Virus record (IMG/VR): IMGVR_UViG_2924810865_000002
Span: 1,799 to 65,798 of that record
DNA from: a virus
Lineage: Duplodnaviria; Caudoviricetes
Reading direction: 5' to 3' (one strand)
DNA length: 64,000 nt
Shown in pieces: positions 50,925 through 59,028 of this stretch. Made by a program: the position numbers and the translations under genes. How positions within the stretch are numbered: position 1 is the first letter of the stretch; every line of letters starts with the position of its first letter. The notes beneath the pieces were generated by a model that saw only the letters and a list, made by a program, of their open reading frames with translations, made no database searches and had not been told where the DNA came from.

Positions 50925-51413
50925 ATGCTAGATAAAAAGTTTATAGCCTACTTAATAAGTGACATTATCATTTCTCTGTTACTTACTATATTATTAACAG
51001 ATATTATTATAAAAAGTACTGATGCCATGAACTTAATTGCAAGTACATTTTCTATTTTATCTGGTGTTGTTTTAATGATATTAACAACAGTAGGTGAATT
51101 ATTTCTGTTTTCACCTAACGATAGTAGTGCAAAAAAAATAGCAAAATATAAGAACTTTGAAACTAGATTTTCAAGGCTATCATTATTATTTATCAGTTAT
51201 CTAATTATTTTAGTTCTCATCTTGATTTATTATCTTATTAAAGATATTAGTCAAGATGTGATCACTTTTAAAATAAGTGAGCTTACAATCAACCTCCAAA
51301 ATTGGACAGCTTACTTAATTATACTTTTTTCTTTCTTCTGGTTTATTATATCAATTTGTTTACCTTGGATATATAAACAACTTTTGAAAGAAAAAAATGG
51401 TATTTATGATTAA
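50925..51413 (+). CDS. Small multi-pass membrane protein
   Basis: Four hydrophobic segments; starts 2 nt after the upstream stop. Confidence 0.8.
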   Translation: MLDKKFIAYLISDIIISLLLTILLTDIIIKSTDAMNLIASTFSILSGVVLMILTTVGELFLFSPNDSSAKKIAKYKNFETRFSRLSLLFISYLIILVLILIYYLIKDISQDVITFKISELTINLQNWTAYLIILFSFFWFIISICLPWIYKQLLKEKNGIYD

Positions 51414-51490
51414 ACCGCCCTCGTAGCGGTTTTCTTTTGCTTGCAATAATACAAAGTAAGAGTATAATGCAAAGCATAAGGATAAAACCA

Positions 51491-51802
51491 ATGTACACCA
51501 TCATCGAACACGAAAAATTCAAGCAGAAAGCTGAACAAATTTGGACAACTGAAGAACGTCTTGAATTTTTCACCTACCTTGCGCAAAACCCACTAGCAGG
51601 CGATGTCATCCCGCACGCTCAAGGGCTGCGTAAAATTCGCTGGCAAGCTAATGGCAAAGGCAAGCGTGGTGGTGTACGAATAATTTACTTCAACTTACTT
51701 AATGATGGTTTAATCGTTGCGCTTGATATTTATGCCAAAAACGAAAAAGAAAACCTAAGCAACCAAGAAATTAAACAACTTAAGGGGCAGAAAAATGGAT
51801 AA
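51491..51802 (+). CDS. RelE/HigB2-type toxin
   Basis: NPLAGDVIPHAQGLRKIRW...GKRGGVRIIYF; promoter TTGCAA-16-TATAAT upstream. Confidence 0.9.
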   Translation: MYTIIEHEKFKQKAEQIWTTEERLEFFTYLAQNPLAGDVIPHAQGLRKIRWQANGKGKRGGVRIIYFNLLNDGLIVALDIYAKNEKENLSNQEIKQLKGQKNG

Positions 51803-52160
51803 CCTCTCACAAAAAATTGAACAAGCCACCAAGGACTGGAACATTGAAGCTATTGTTAAAGCGGTGATAGTAGACGATCCTGATATGGCAGAACACGCTG
51901 AAGATTTCCGTGAAACCTTGGTGCAAATGAAAAACGGAGACTATAAAAACTGGCGAACTACTCAAATTCCAGTCTCGCCCATTGTTGAAACTCGCCAAAA
52001 AGCCAACCTCTCACAGCCCAAGTTTGCAGAAAAGCTCGGTATTTCGGTTAATACCTTGAGATCGTGGGAGCAAGGCTTACGAAAACCAAGCGGTGCAGCC
52101 AAAACCCTATTAGACCTTCTCTCCCGCAAACCTGAACTGATTAACGAATTACACGCCTAA
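51795..52160 (+). CDS. HigA2-type HTH antitoxin
   Basis: LSQPKFAEKLGISVNTLRSWEQGLRKPSGAAKTLL. Confidence 0.9.
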   Translation: MDNLSQKIEQATKDWNIEAIVKAVIVDDPDMAEHAEDFRETLVQMKNGDYKNWRTTQIPVSPIVETRQKANLSQPKFAEKLGISVNTLRSWEQGLRKPSGAAKTLLDLLSRKPELINELHA

Positions 52161-52299
52161 TTTCTCTATTCAGCCCTCCCCGAGGGCTTTTTTATCTCCC
52201 CGATATCAATGTCGTCCACATCTTCCTACCCCCGAAAAAATGTAAGCGGTCAAATTCCGCCAATTTTTTGCAAAATAAAACCCTCCGAAGAGGGCTCAA

Positions 52300-52590
52300 T
52301 TAGGCGTGGTTAGCTTGCTTTACCTCAAAAGTTAAATTCAACGCCCGCATCACTTTTAATACGGTTGAAAAGGTTGGATTCCCCTTGCCTGAAAAGGCTT
52401 TGTATAATCCCTCACGGCTCACACCTGCTTCTCTGGCAATCTGGCTCATATTACGTGCTTTCGCAATATCACCTAAAGCAGACAAGATTAAATCCACATC
52501 ATCCTCTTTCAGCACCTCATTTAAATAAAGCTGAATTTCCTCTTCTGTTCTTAAATGTTCCGCCATTTCAAAATCTTGCAATTCAACCAT
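52300..52590 (-). CDS. Addiction module antidote protein
   Basis: FEMAEHL...ALGDIAKARNMSQIAREAGVSREGLYKAFSGKGNPTFSTVLKV. Confidence 0.92.
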   Translation of the reverse strand: MVELQDFEMAEHLRTEEEIQLYLNEVLKEDDVDLILSALGDIAKARNMSQIAREAGVSREGLYKAFSGKGNPTFSTVLKVMRALNLTFEVKQANHA

Positions 52591-52591
52591 T

Positions 52592-52888
52592 TTACACTCC
52601 TAATTCTTTCGCTAAGGCTTTCGCCTTTTTAATATCATTCTCTTGACTGGCTTTATCGCCCGCACAAAGTAAAATTACAATCACGCCATTCTGGTTTTTC
52701 AAATAAACCCGATAACCTTTGCCTTCCGTAATTCGTAATTCTGATACCCCTTCGCCCACAGGCTTTACATCGCCAAAATTCCCCATCTGCAACCGCTTAA
52801 TTCGAGTTTGAATTTTTGCCCTTGCTCGCAAGTCTTTTAAATTATCAAGCCATTGTTTAAAGATGGTGGTCGATTTTATTTGAATCAT
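52592..52888 (-). CDS. Addiction module killer protein (RelE/ParE superfamily)
   Basis: GNFGDVKPVGEGVSELRI...GYRVY...ILLCAGDKASQENDI; TATAAT flanked by TAGGCT/AGCCTA inverted repeat upstream. Confidence 0.92.
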   Translation of the reverse strand: MIQIKSTTIFKQWLDNLKDLRARAKIQTRIKRLQMGNFGDVKPVGEGVSELRITEGKGYRVYLKNQNGVIVILLCAGDKASQENDIKKAKALAKELGV

Positions 52889-53102
52889 AATGCCTCCGAA
52901 TAGGCTTATTATAGCCTAATATTGTGATTGTGCGAACTATAATTCACAACTTGATCTTTCTGTATTCTTTCGTTTAAATCCGTCTAACCAAAATCCTTGC
53001 TTATTTCCCTTCAAATCTTGCTTAACTCGTCTAAACCGCTCAAAAAACCATCAATCAAACCATCTCGCTTAAAATTTATTTCCTTAAAAATCAAACGTTT
53101 AT

Positions 53103-53118
53103 CTACTTTAAGTAGAAT
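53103..53118 (+). promoter_or_regulatory. OL operator overlapping the pL -10
   Basis: CTACTTTAAGTAGAAT, identical over 16 bp to the reverse complement of the cro-proximal OR site. Confidence 0.8.
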
Positions 53119-53280
53119 GTACCCATCAAAACAAAACAGCCTGATAACAAAAATCAGGCGTTATCTAAAACAGCTTTAACGGAGAGCCAAACCCTTAGCC
53201 ATCAATGCGGAAACATTCGCAACGACCGCCAAGCGTTGAAGCAAACGGAAGATGAAAGCTGTTTTAAATAATCAACTTAA

Positions 53281-53292
53281 TGCTCTTTAACA
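53281..53292 (+). promoter_or_regulatory. boxA antitermination element
   Basis: Perfect TGCTCTTTAACA consensus in the pL leader. Confidence 0.8.
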
Positions 53293-53566
53293 ATTTAAAC
53301 ACGCATATCGCCAAACCAACGATGAAAGTAACGCTCGGCAGACTGATTGAGTTAGCGTAAGGTCAATTCGCACAATCAGCCAACGGGTTCTAAGTAGCAA
53401 CGGCAAAGACCGCCTACTGCCTCAGCCTGCGAGAAACGGAGAACGTGCAACGATATGCCGCGTAGGATTACAACTTACAGCAGCCGTCTTGGACGAGCGA
53501 AGCACAATAAGACCTATGCAAAACACCGCCCCAAGCCGCAGGGCACGAAATAATGCGGCATCTTTA

Positions 53567-53651
53567 GGCTCTAGGTTTCACCCTTTGCAGAAAAGGGTAA
53601 GTCCAGGTTGATATAGCATAAGACTGGGTGCAACTCCCACTAGAGCCACCA
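53567..53651 (+). ncRNA. tRNA-like element (85 nt), not a canonical tRNA
   Basis: GGCTCTA/TAGAGCC acceptor stem, ACCA end, TGGG-TGCAACT-CCCA T-arm; internal arms non-canonical. Confidence 0.6.
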
Positions 53652-53735
53652 TTTAAAACAGCATACGTAAGACGTGTGTTTTTTTAATGTTTGGCACGCA
53701 GTGTGCTGTTTTAAATGGTAAACAAGGAGCAACTT

Positions 53736-53966
53736 ATGATAGGTTACGAAGATTACAACGCATTAGGCTTACCGACTGAATATGCAATGCAAGACCGCAT
53801 TGAGCAAATGGAAAATAAAGTGCTTAAAAAGCTGAAATCATCAGGTTTAGACATCTTAGCCGACAAGCTGATAGATACAGAAGTGTGGCATAACGCCATT
53901 GATGCGATGATGAAAAGGAAAGCAAATGAGCCTAAAGCAATGTATTATTTTTCTACTCGCGGTTAA
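53736..53966 (+). CDS. First pL-operon hypothetical protein
   Basis: AAGGAG RBS, ATG at 53736. Confidence 0.7.
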   Translation: MIGYEDYNALGLPTEYAMQDRIEQMENKVLKKLKSSGLDILADKLIDTEVWHNAIDAMMKRKANEPKAMYYFSTRG

Positions 53967-54276
53967 TCTCAACCCGCTCGGATTGTGGCTCAACGCTTCC
54001 ACGTTTGAAAAATTTTTCGAGCAAAAGAGCTGCAACATCCAACAAGATGAAGAACATTTGCCAAAAGCTAGTTGCGGCAACCAAGTAGAAAAGGTAAACC
54101 AGAGCATAATCAGGTAAAGCAGGTAGTGGTCTTGCCATTAGCTCAATCTGAATATGAACAGGAATAAGCAACCAACAAAGAATAAACGACAAAAACCACG
54201 TTGTAATACGCATAATCACCTCATCAAAATGAGATTTGAGGATGGAAAAGATGGAAGTAATTAACGCTTCCCACAT
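53953..54276 (-). CDS. SieB-like superinfection exclusion membrane protein
   Basis: Two TM segments with LIPV...P..LPDY...YLFY pattern recalling P22 SieB; antisense within the pL operon as in lambda; ATG at 54276. Confidence 0.55.
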   Translation of the reverse strand: MWEALITSIFSILKSHFDEVIMRITTWFLSFILCWLLIPVHIQIELMARPLPALPDYALVYLFYLVAATSFWQMFFILLDVAALLLEKFFKRGSVEPQSERVEINRE

Positions 54277-54460
54277 AATAAATTCCTGTAATTGTTGAAG
54301 TAAGACACAACAATTATATTCCTTGTTTGAAGTAAGACACAACAAGGCGAGTTTTGCGGTTCTCGTTAAAAAACCGTTTGACAACACCGCTCACATCAGA
54401 TTAAGATACCCCCACTTTCAAGCCGTCTCAAACGGCTTTTTTTGTATCTGAGAGGTAAAA

Positions 54461-55291
54461 ATGACTAATGTAATCATTGTAAAAGATGCTGAAATTCGCG
54501 TAATGGAACAAAATGGTGAAGATTACATCAACCTAACGGATATGCTCAAAGCAAAAGATGGGGAATTTTTTATTAGCGATTGGCTCAGAAACCGTAATAC
54601 GCTTGAATATATCGGTATCTGGGAAGAGCTAAACAATCCTAATTTTAATTATGGCGAATTCGCCCTAATTAAAAGTCAATCTGGTTTAAATCGATTTAAA
54701 ATTAGCGTTAAAGAGTTTGTTGCTCAAACTAATGCTATCGGTTTACAAGCCAAAGCAGGGCGTTATGGTGGGACTTACGCTCACAAAGATATTGCATTAG
54801 AATTTGCAATGTGGATAAGCCCAGAATTCAAACTCTACCTAATCAAAGAATTCCAACGCTTAAAACAAAAAGAAGCCGAAGATAACAAATTAGAATGGAA
54901 CGTTAAACGCATTCTTAGCAAGGCAAATTACCGCATACATACTGATGCCATCAAAGCCCACCTCATTCCCAAATTACTTAACACAAAGCAACATCAATTT
55001 GTGTATGCCACTGAAGCTGATATTTTAAATCAAGCCTTATTTGGACAAACGGCTAAACAATGGAAAGATGCCAACCCCAAATTAAAAGGTAATATGCGTG
55101 AACACGCTACTATTGAACAATTAACCGTATTGGCAGGTTTAGAAAGCCAAAACGCCCTATTAATTCAGCAAGGATTTCCGCAAGAAGAACGGCTGGCAAT
55201 CTTAAATCGCCTTGCCATTCAACAAATGAGCTCGCTCTTACAAACAGCCGCACTCACGCAGCTTAAAGAAAAACCCTTGTTGGAAGAATAA
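54461..55291 (+). CDS. KilA-N domain protein
   Basis: DYINLTDM...WLRNRNTLEY...GRYGGTYAHKDIALEFAMWISPEFKLYLIKEFQRLK. Confidence 0.92.
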   Translation: MTNVIIVKDAEIRVMEQNGEDYINLTDMLKAKDGEFFISDWLRNRNTLEYIGIWEELNNPNFNYGEFALIKSQSGLNRFKISVKEFVAQTNAIGLQAKAGRYGGTYAHKDIALEFAMWISPEFKLYLIKEFQRLKQKEAEDNKLEWNVKRILSKANYRIHTDAIKAHLIPKLLNTKQHQFVYATEADILNQALFGQTAKQWKDANPKLKGNMREHATIEQLTVLAGLESQNALLIQQGFPQEERLAILNRLAIQQMSSLLQTAALTQLKEKPLLEE

Positions 55292-55618
55292 AAAATAATT
55301 TGACACCCACCGCCCAATCATTTAGGATACCCCCAATTTCAACAGAAAGTCGGGATTGGTCTCCTGAATTGACAAAGAGCGGTGAAAAAGATAGTCGCTC
55401 AAAGCGGCTTTTTTTATAGCCGAAAATCAGTAAATCATACCTTTAAAGGTCGGATCAAATCGATCCCCCCTTCAAAAGTTGTCAATGATGAGCTGAATAG
55501 AAGTCCGAAAGGACGCCGTTCACTCTTTGTCGCGGTAAGACCAATTCTGTTCAGTTCATCACCAATGATTGGTCTCTAGGTGATGAGTTTTAAAAACTTT
55601 GACAAAGAGAAACACAAA

Positions 55619-56233
55619 ATGACAACTTTAACTTTTCAAAACACTACTCTTTCGGTTATCAACCAAAATAATCAAACATTCTTAACAGCAAGCGATTTAG
55701 GCAAAGCATTAGATTATTCTGACGCTGATCGTAGCGTTCGCAGACTTTATACCGCCAATGCAGACGAATTTACCGCAGAAATGACCGCACTTATCGAAAT
55801 GCCTACCGCAGGCGGACTACAAAAAGTGCGTATCTTCTCGCTTCATGGTGCACACCTGATTGCCATGTTCGCTCGTACCAAAGTCGCCAAAGACTTCCGC
55901 AAATGGGTACTCGATATTTTAGATCGTGAAGTTTCGCAAAAAATGAAAGAAATCCAACCGCTTGCAGATGAACCCCTAAACCTACTGGTGCAAGCCTATC
56001 ATTTTCTTTACCAGGCAAGCGACTTACGTACTAAAGTGCAACCAACCTTTATCGGTATAGATATCGACCGCCACTTTGGTAGCCATTACCTCCACAACTT
56101 AGGCAAACCACTCAGCCAATGTATGGAAAACATCCAAGCCTACATTCACGCCAGCGCCGAACGCCTTATGTTCGTACAAGGTATGGCAAGCCTGCTTGAA
56201 ACGCCAACAACTAAAAAAGCAGTATTTAAATAA
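55619..56233 (+). CDS. P22 antirepressor N-terminal / BRO-like protein
   Basis: MTTLTFQNTTL...DEFTAEMT...VRIFSLHGAHLIAMFARTKVAKDFRKWVLDILD. Confidence 0.88.
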   Translation: MTTLTFQNTTLSVINQNNQTFLTASDLGKALDYSDADRSVRRLYTANADEFTAEMTALIEMPTAGGLQKVRIFSLHGAHLIAMFARTKVAKDFRKWVLDILDREVSQKMKEIQPLADEPLNLLVQAYHFLYQASDLRTKVQPTFIGIDIDRHFGSHYLHNLGKPLSQCMENIQAYIHASAERLMFVQGMASLLETPTTKKAVFK

Positions 56234-56335
56234 TCCTTACTCCCACCGCCTCACACTCCACCTTTTCTGTGGGGCGGTTTTTTGCACCCTAAATTTAAGC
56301 TTTTGATGAAATTTCCACCGAAAGAGGAAAGAAAA

Positions 56336-56482
56336 ATGAACGCACAACAAGCCCTTAAAAAATACCAAATCGCCTTGAAGTTAGCCCAAAGAAACTACCA
56401 AAGCAATCCCACCTACGCCCGCAGACTCGAAATCTACGAGCTAGAAGAATTAGTTAAACACGCCCAGAAGTGGGTGCATTGA
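56336..56482 (+). CDS. Small phage hypothetical protein
   Basis: MNAQQALKKYQ..., GAGG RBS; low certainty. Confidence 0.45.
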   Translation: MNAQQALKKYQIALKLAQRNYQSNPTYARRLEIYELEELVKHAQKWVH

Positions 56483-56492
56483 GGAGAGAAAA

Positions 56493-56648
56493 ATGCAAAC
56501 CTTGCTTAAAGTCCTGACAGGCATTTTCTTCGCCCTGCTCTTTTGTGCAGTATTAAGCCTTGGAGGTTGCCTCGACAGCCAGCCTGCCTCTGTTTTTCCC
56601 CAAAATATCCCCACTTGCCACTTGTGTGAATTTAGGAGCCCCGCATGA
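56493..56648 (+). CDS. 51-aa peptide with signal sequence and possible lipobox
   Basis: MQTLLKVLTGIFFALLFCAVLSLGGC; GAGGAG RBS; stop overlaps next ATG. Below ORF-track cutoff. Confidence 0.55.
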   Translation: MQTLLKVLTGIFFALLFCAVLSLGGCLDSQPASVFPQNIPTCHLCEFRSPA

Positions 56649-56950
56649 TTGACGCCACCTGTGAAATCACCCATCGAAACGGAGGGCTTTGGTACGCACG
56701 AGTTCGATACAACCGCATCATTGTGTACAACTCCAATTTCAAAAGTAAAGAATCCGCAATAGCACATCTTGCCCGTGAAATCGAAAGACGAAATGCCCTC
56801 GACGGCTTTCGTTTCAAGCAACCACTTGAAATGCCGCAATCCAGAAAAACGCCCGAAACAGGCGTGATTGCTAAACGACGACCACCCCCAAAATGGGATA
56901 ACACTTGTTATTCGGTCAATCCGATAACGGGCGAACGCAAACCATTGTAA
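56645..56950 (+). CDS. Phage hypothetical protein
   Basis: 101-aa basic ORF followed by a terminator. Confidence 0.65.
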   Translation: MIDATCEITHRNGGLWYARVRYNRIIVYNSNFKSKESAIAHLAREIERRNALDGFRFKQPLEMPQSRKTPETGVIAKRRPPPKWDNTCYSVNPITGERKPL

Positions 56951-57046
56951 GAATTTAACCGCTTGCCTTCCCTTAAACTTAATCAGCTTGAGGTATTAGT
57001 AAAATTGCAACGGGCAGGCGGTTAATCTAATTAAAAGGAAATCAAA

Positions 57047-57891
57047 ATGACAAACCAAGTTCAACAAACCAAACCGCAACAAGACAAATTCCCGATTAAA
57101 ACCTTGTTTGAAAGCCCCGCGGTAAAACAAAAACTACAAGACTTGCTTAATAAGAATGCAGCAAGTTTCACAACTAGCGTACTTCAAATTGTGAATAGCA
57201 ACTCAATGCTGCGTAATGCCGATCCGATGAGCGTATTTAACGCCGCTTGTATGGCAGCCACTTTGCAGTTACCGATTCAAAATGGTTTAGGCTTTGCCTA
57301 CATCGTGCCTTATAACGGGCAGGCTCAATTCCAACTAGGCTATAAAGGCTTAATCCAACTGGCACAGCGTTCTGGGCAGTTTAAGCGATTGGTTGCAGTT
57401 CCCGTGTATGAAAAGCAACTTATCGAAGAAGACCCGATCAACGGCTATGTGTTCGACTGGAAACAAAAGCCAGAACCGACTGAAAAGCCAATTGGCTACT
57501 ACGCTTATTTCCAACTGGTTAATAGCTTTACCGGGCGAAGAGTGTGTGGGCAAATAACTTTGAGGCGATGGCGTTGAAAACGGTGATGAAGCTCCTGCTC
57601 TCAAAACAAGCACCATTATCGGTGGAAATGCAACAAGCCCTGTTAGCCGATCAAGCGGTGGTAAAAAGCGTGGAGAATGCAGAATTTGATTACCCTGATA
57701 ATCAAGTGGAAGAAGCGGATTTTGTAGCGTTGAATGTATCGGATGAGCAATTTGAAAACTTCAAACAAACCATTCAAAACAAAGAAACCACGCTCCAAGA
57801 GCTTTGTGATAACGGCTACGAATTCAGCAAAGAACAGTTCCAAATTTTAGAGGCAATGGAAAATGCAGCACCTGTATCAAATGAAAGCTAG
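57047..57891 (+). pseudogene. recT: RecT recombinase with internal deletion and frameshift
   Basis: GLGFAYIVPY...AQFQLGYKGLIQLAQRSGQF, break near 57530, resumes WANNFEAMALKTVMKLLLSKQAPLS. Confidence 0.88.
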
Positions 57892-58534
57892 ATGCTCAAT
57901 GCTACATCGCTTAATCGGTGAGCCGAAAACGAAAGCCGACCGAGAAGCGGGCAAAATTACCGACACAGCAAAATCTGCCGTGCGAGAAATTGCCAAGTTC
58001 GACCTCTTCGGCTGGCAACAATTCGAAGGCAATAAGTTCACCGAAAAAGGCTTAATGCTAGAAAATGAAGCGATCAAACTCAGCGGCTTAAAACGGGGCT
58101 TACCACTCAAAAAGAACATCGAAAGACGAGAAAACGATTGGATTACGGGCGAGTGCGATATTTATGTGCCCACCCGTAAGCTGATTATCGACACCAAATG
58201 TTCCTTTGATATTGGCACACACCCGTTCTTTGCTGATGAAGCGGAAGACAAAGCTAAAAAAGCAGGCTACGACATTCAAATGCAAGGTTATATGTGGTTG
58301 TGGGATTGCGAAGAGGCACAAATTGATTTCGTGCTTTTCCCTACGCCAGAAGAGCTATTAGGTTATGGACAATCAGCAGAGCGTTATATCGATTTAGTCG
58401 AACAAATCCCCCAACACCAACGCATCACCACCGTTACCATTAAGCGAGACGAACAAATCATCAAAAAAATCCAAGAGCGTGTGAGTGCTGCTAAAACCTA
58501 TTATGATGATTTGATTAAGCAGATGGTGAGTTAG
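57863..58534 (+). CDS. YqaJ/lambda-exonuclease-like nuclease
   Basis: KGLMLENEAI...TGECDIY...IIDTKCS...YDIQMQGYMWL, adjacent to recT. Confidence 0.8.
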   Translation: MQHLYQMKARCSMLHRLIGEPKTKADREAGKITDTAKSAVREIAKFDLFGWQQFEGNKFTEKGLMLENEAIKLSGLKRGLPLKKNIERRENDWITGECDIYVPTRKLIIDTKCSFDIGTHPFFADEAEDKAKKAGYDIQMQGYMWLWDCEEAQIDFVLFPTPEELLGYGQSAERYIDLVEQIPQHQRITTVTIKRDEQIIKKIQERVSAAKTYYDDLIKQMVS

Positions 58535-58703
58535 TCTTCAACATCTCAACCGCCTGAATAATCAGTTGGTTCTGAGGAATACCCCGCTCACGGCTTAATT
58601 GCTCAATATCTGCAATCACTGCGAGCGGTAACTTAAACGCCTTGAGTTTAATCCCGTGTTTTTCCTCAGAGCGTTTCACAATTTCGGTTCTTGACAATGC
58701 CAT
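58515..58703 (-). CDS. Ribbon-helix-helix DNA-binding protein
   Basis: IKLKAFKL beta strand then IEQLSRERGIPQNQLIIQAV; AAGGA RBS. Confidence 0.75.
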   Translation of the reverse strand: MALSRTEIVKRSEEKHGIKLKAFKLPLAVIADIEQLSRERGIPQNQLIIQAVEMLKTNSPSA

Positions 58704-58860
58704 AATAAATCCTTAGTATTGGTTTTGAAGAGTAGGAGGATTTCTCCCCCTACTTAGTTGCATTCAATTAGTAAGCCGGCAAGCTAATCACTAAGAGAAT
58801 GATAACTAGGATAATGCGGTAAAGCATAGGTTATCCCTCCAAAAGTTGGGGGGATTAAAG
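58691..58860 (+). ncRNA. Sib-like antisense RNA with its promoter
   Basis: TTGACA-17-TAGTAT (58691-58719); transcript begins with hairpin AGTAGGAGGATTTCTCCCCCTACT and covers the peptide ORF and RBS. 3' end uncertain (about 58860 or terminator at 58947-58974). Confidence 0.65.
58768..58827 (-). CDS. ibs: Ibs-like type I toxin peptide (19 aa)
   Basis: MLYRIILVIILLVISLPAY versus recalled IbsC MMRLVIILIVLLLISFSAY; GGAGG RBS; promoter TTGATT-17-TATAAT at 58933-58905. Confidence 0.82.
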   Translation of the reverse strand: MLYRIILVIILLVISLPAY

Positions 58861-58946
58861 GTCGCACCCAGCTCGTTTTCAACAGTATTGCTGAAAACAG
58901 GATTATTATAGATTAGTTAACTAATTAAATCAAGAACCAATTCATT

Positions 58947-58974
58947 AAGCCATCGTTTTTACGGTGGCTTTTTT
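58947..58974 (+). terminator. Rho-independent terminator
   Basis: AAGCCATCGT-TTTT-ACGGTGGCTT followed by TTTT. Confidence 0.8.
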
Positions 58975-59028
58975 ATTGCCTAAATGCCCTCCTCGTGAGG
59001 GCTTTTTTGTACCTAAAGGAAACCAAAA

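Noticed and set aside
53567-53651. Functional canonical tRNA gene
   Set aside because: No D-loop GG, no 7-nt anticodon loop and T-loop is TGCAACT; kept only as a tRNA-like element.
55382-55579. 65-aa ORF as an intact ash/icd protein
   Set aside because: The ash-like frame (MMS...EVRKDAVHSLSR) is a different frame and has stops; region better explained as an RNA leader.
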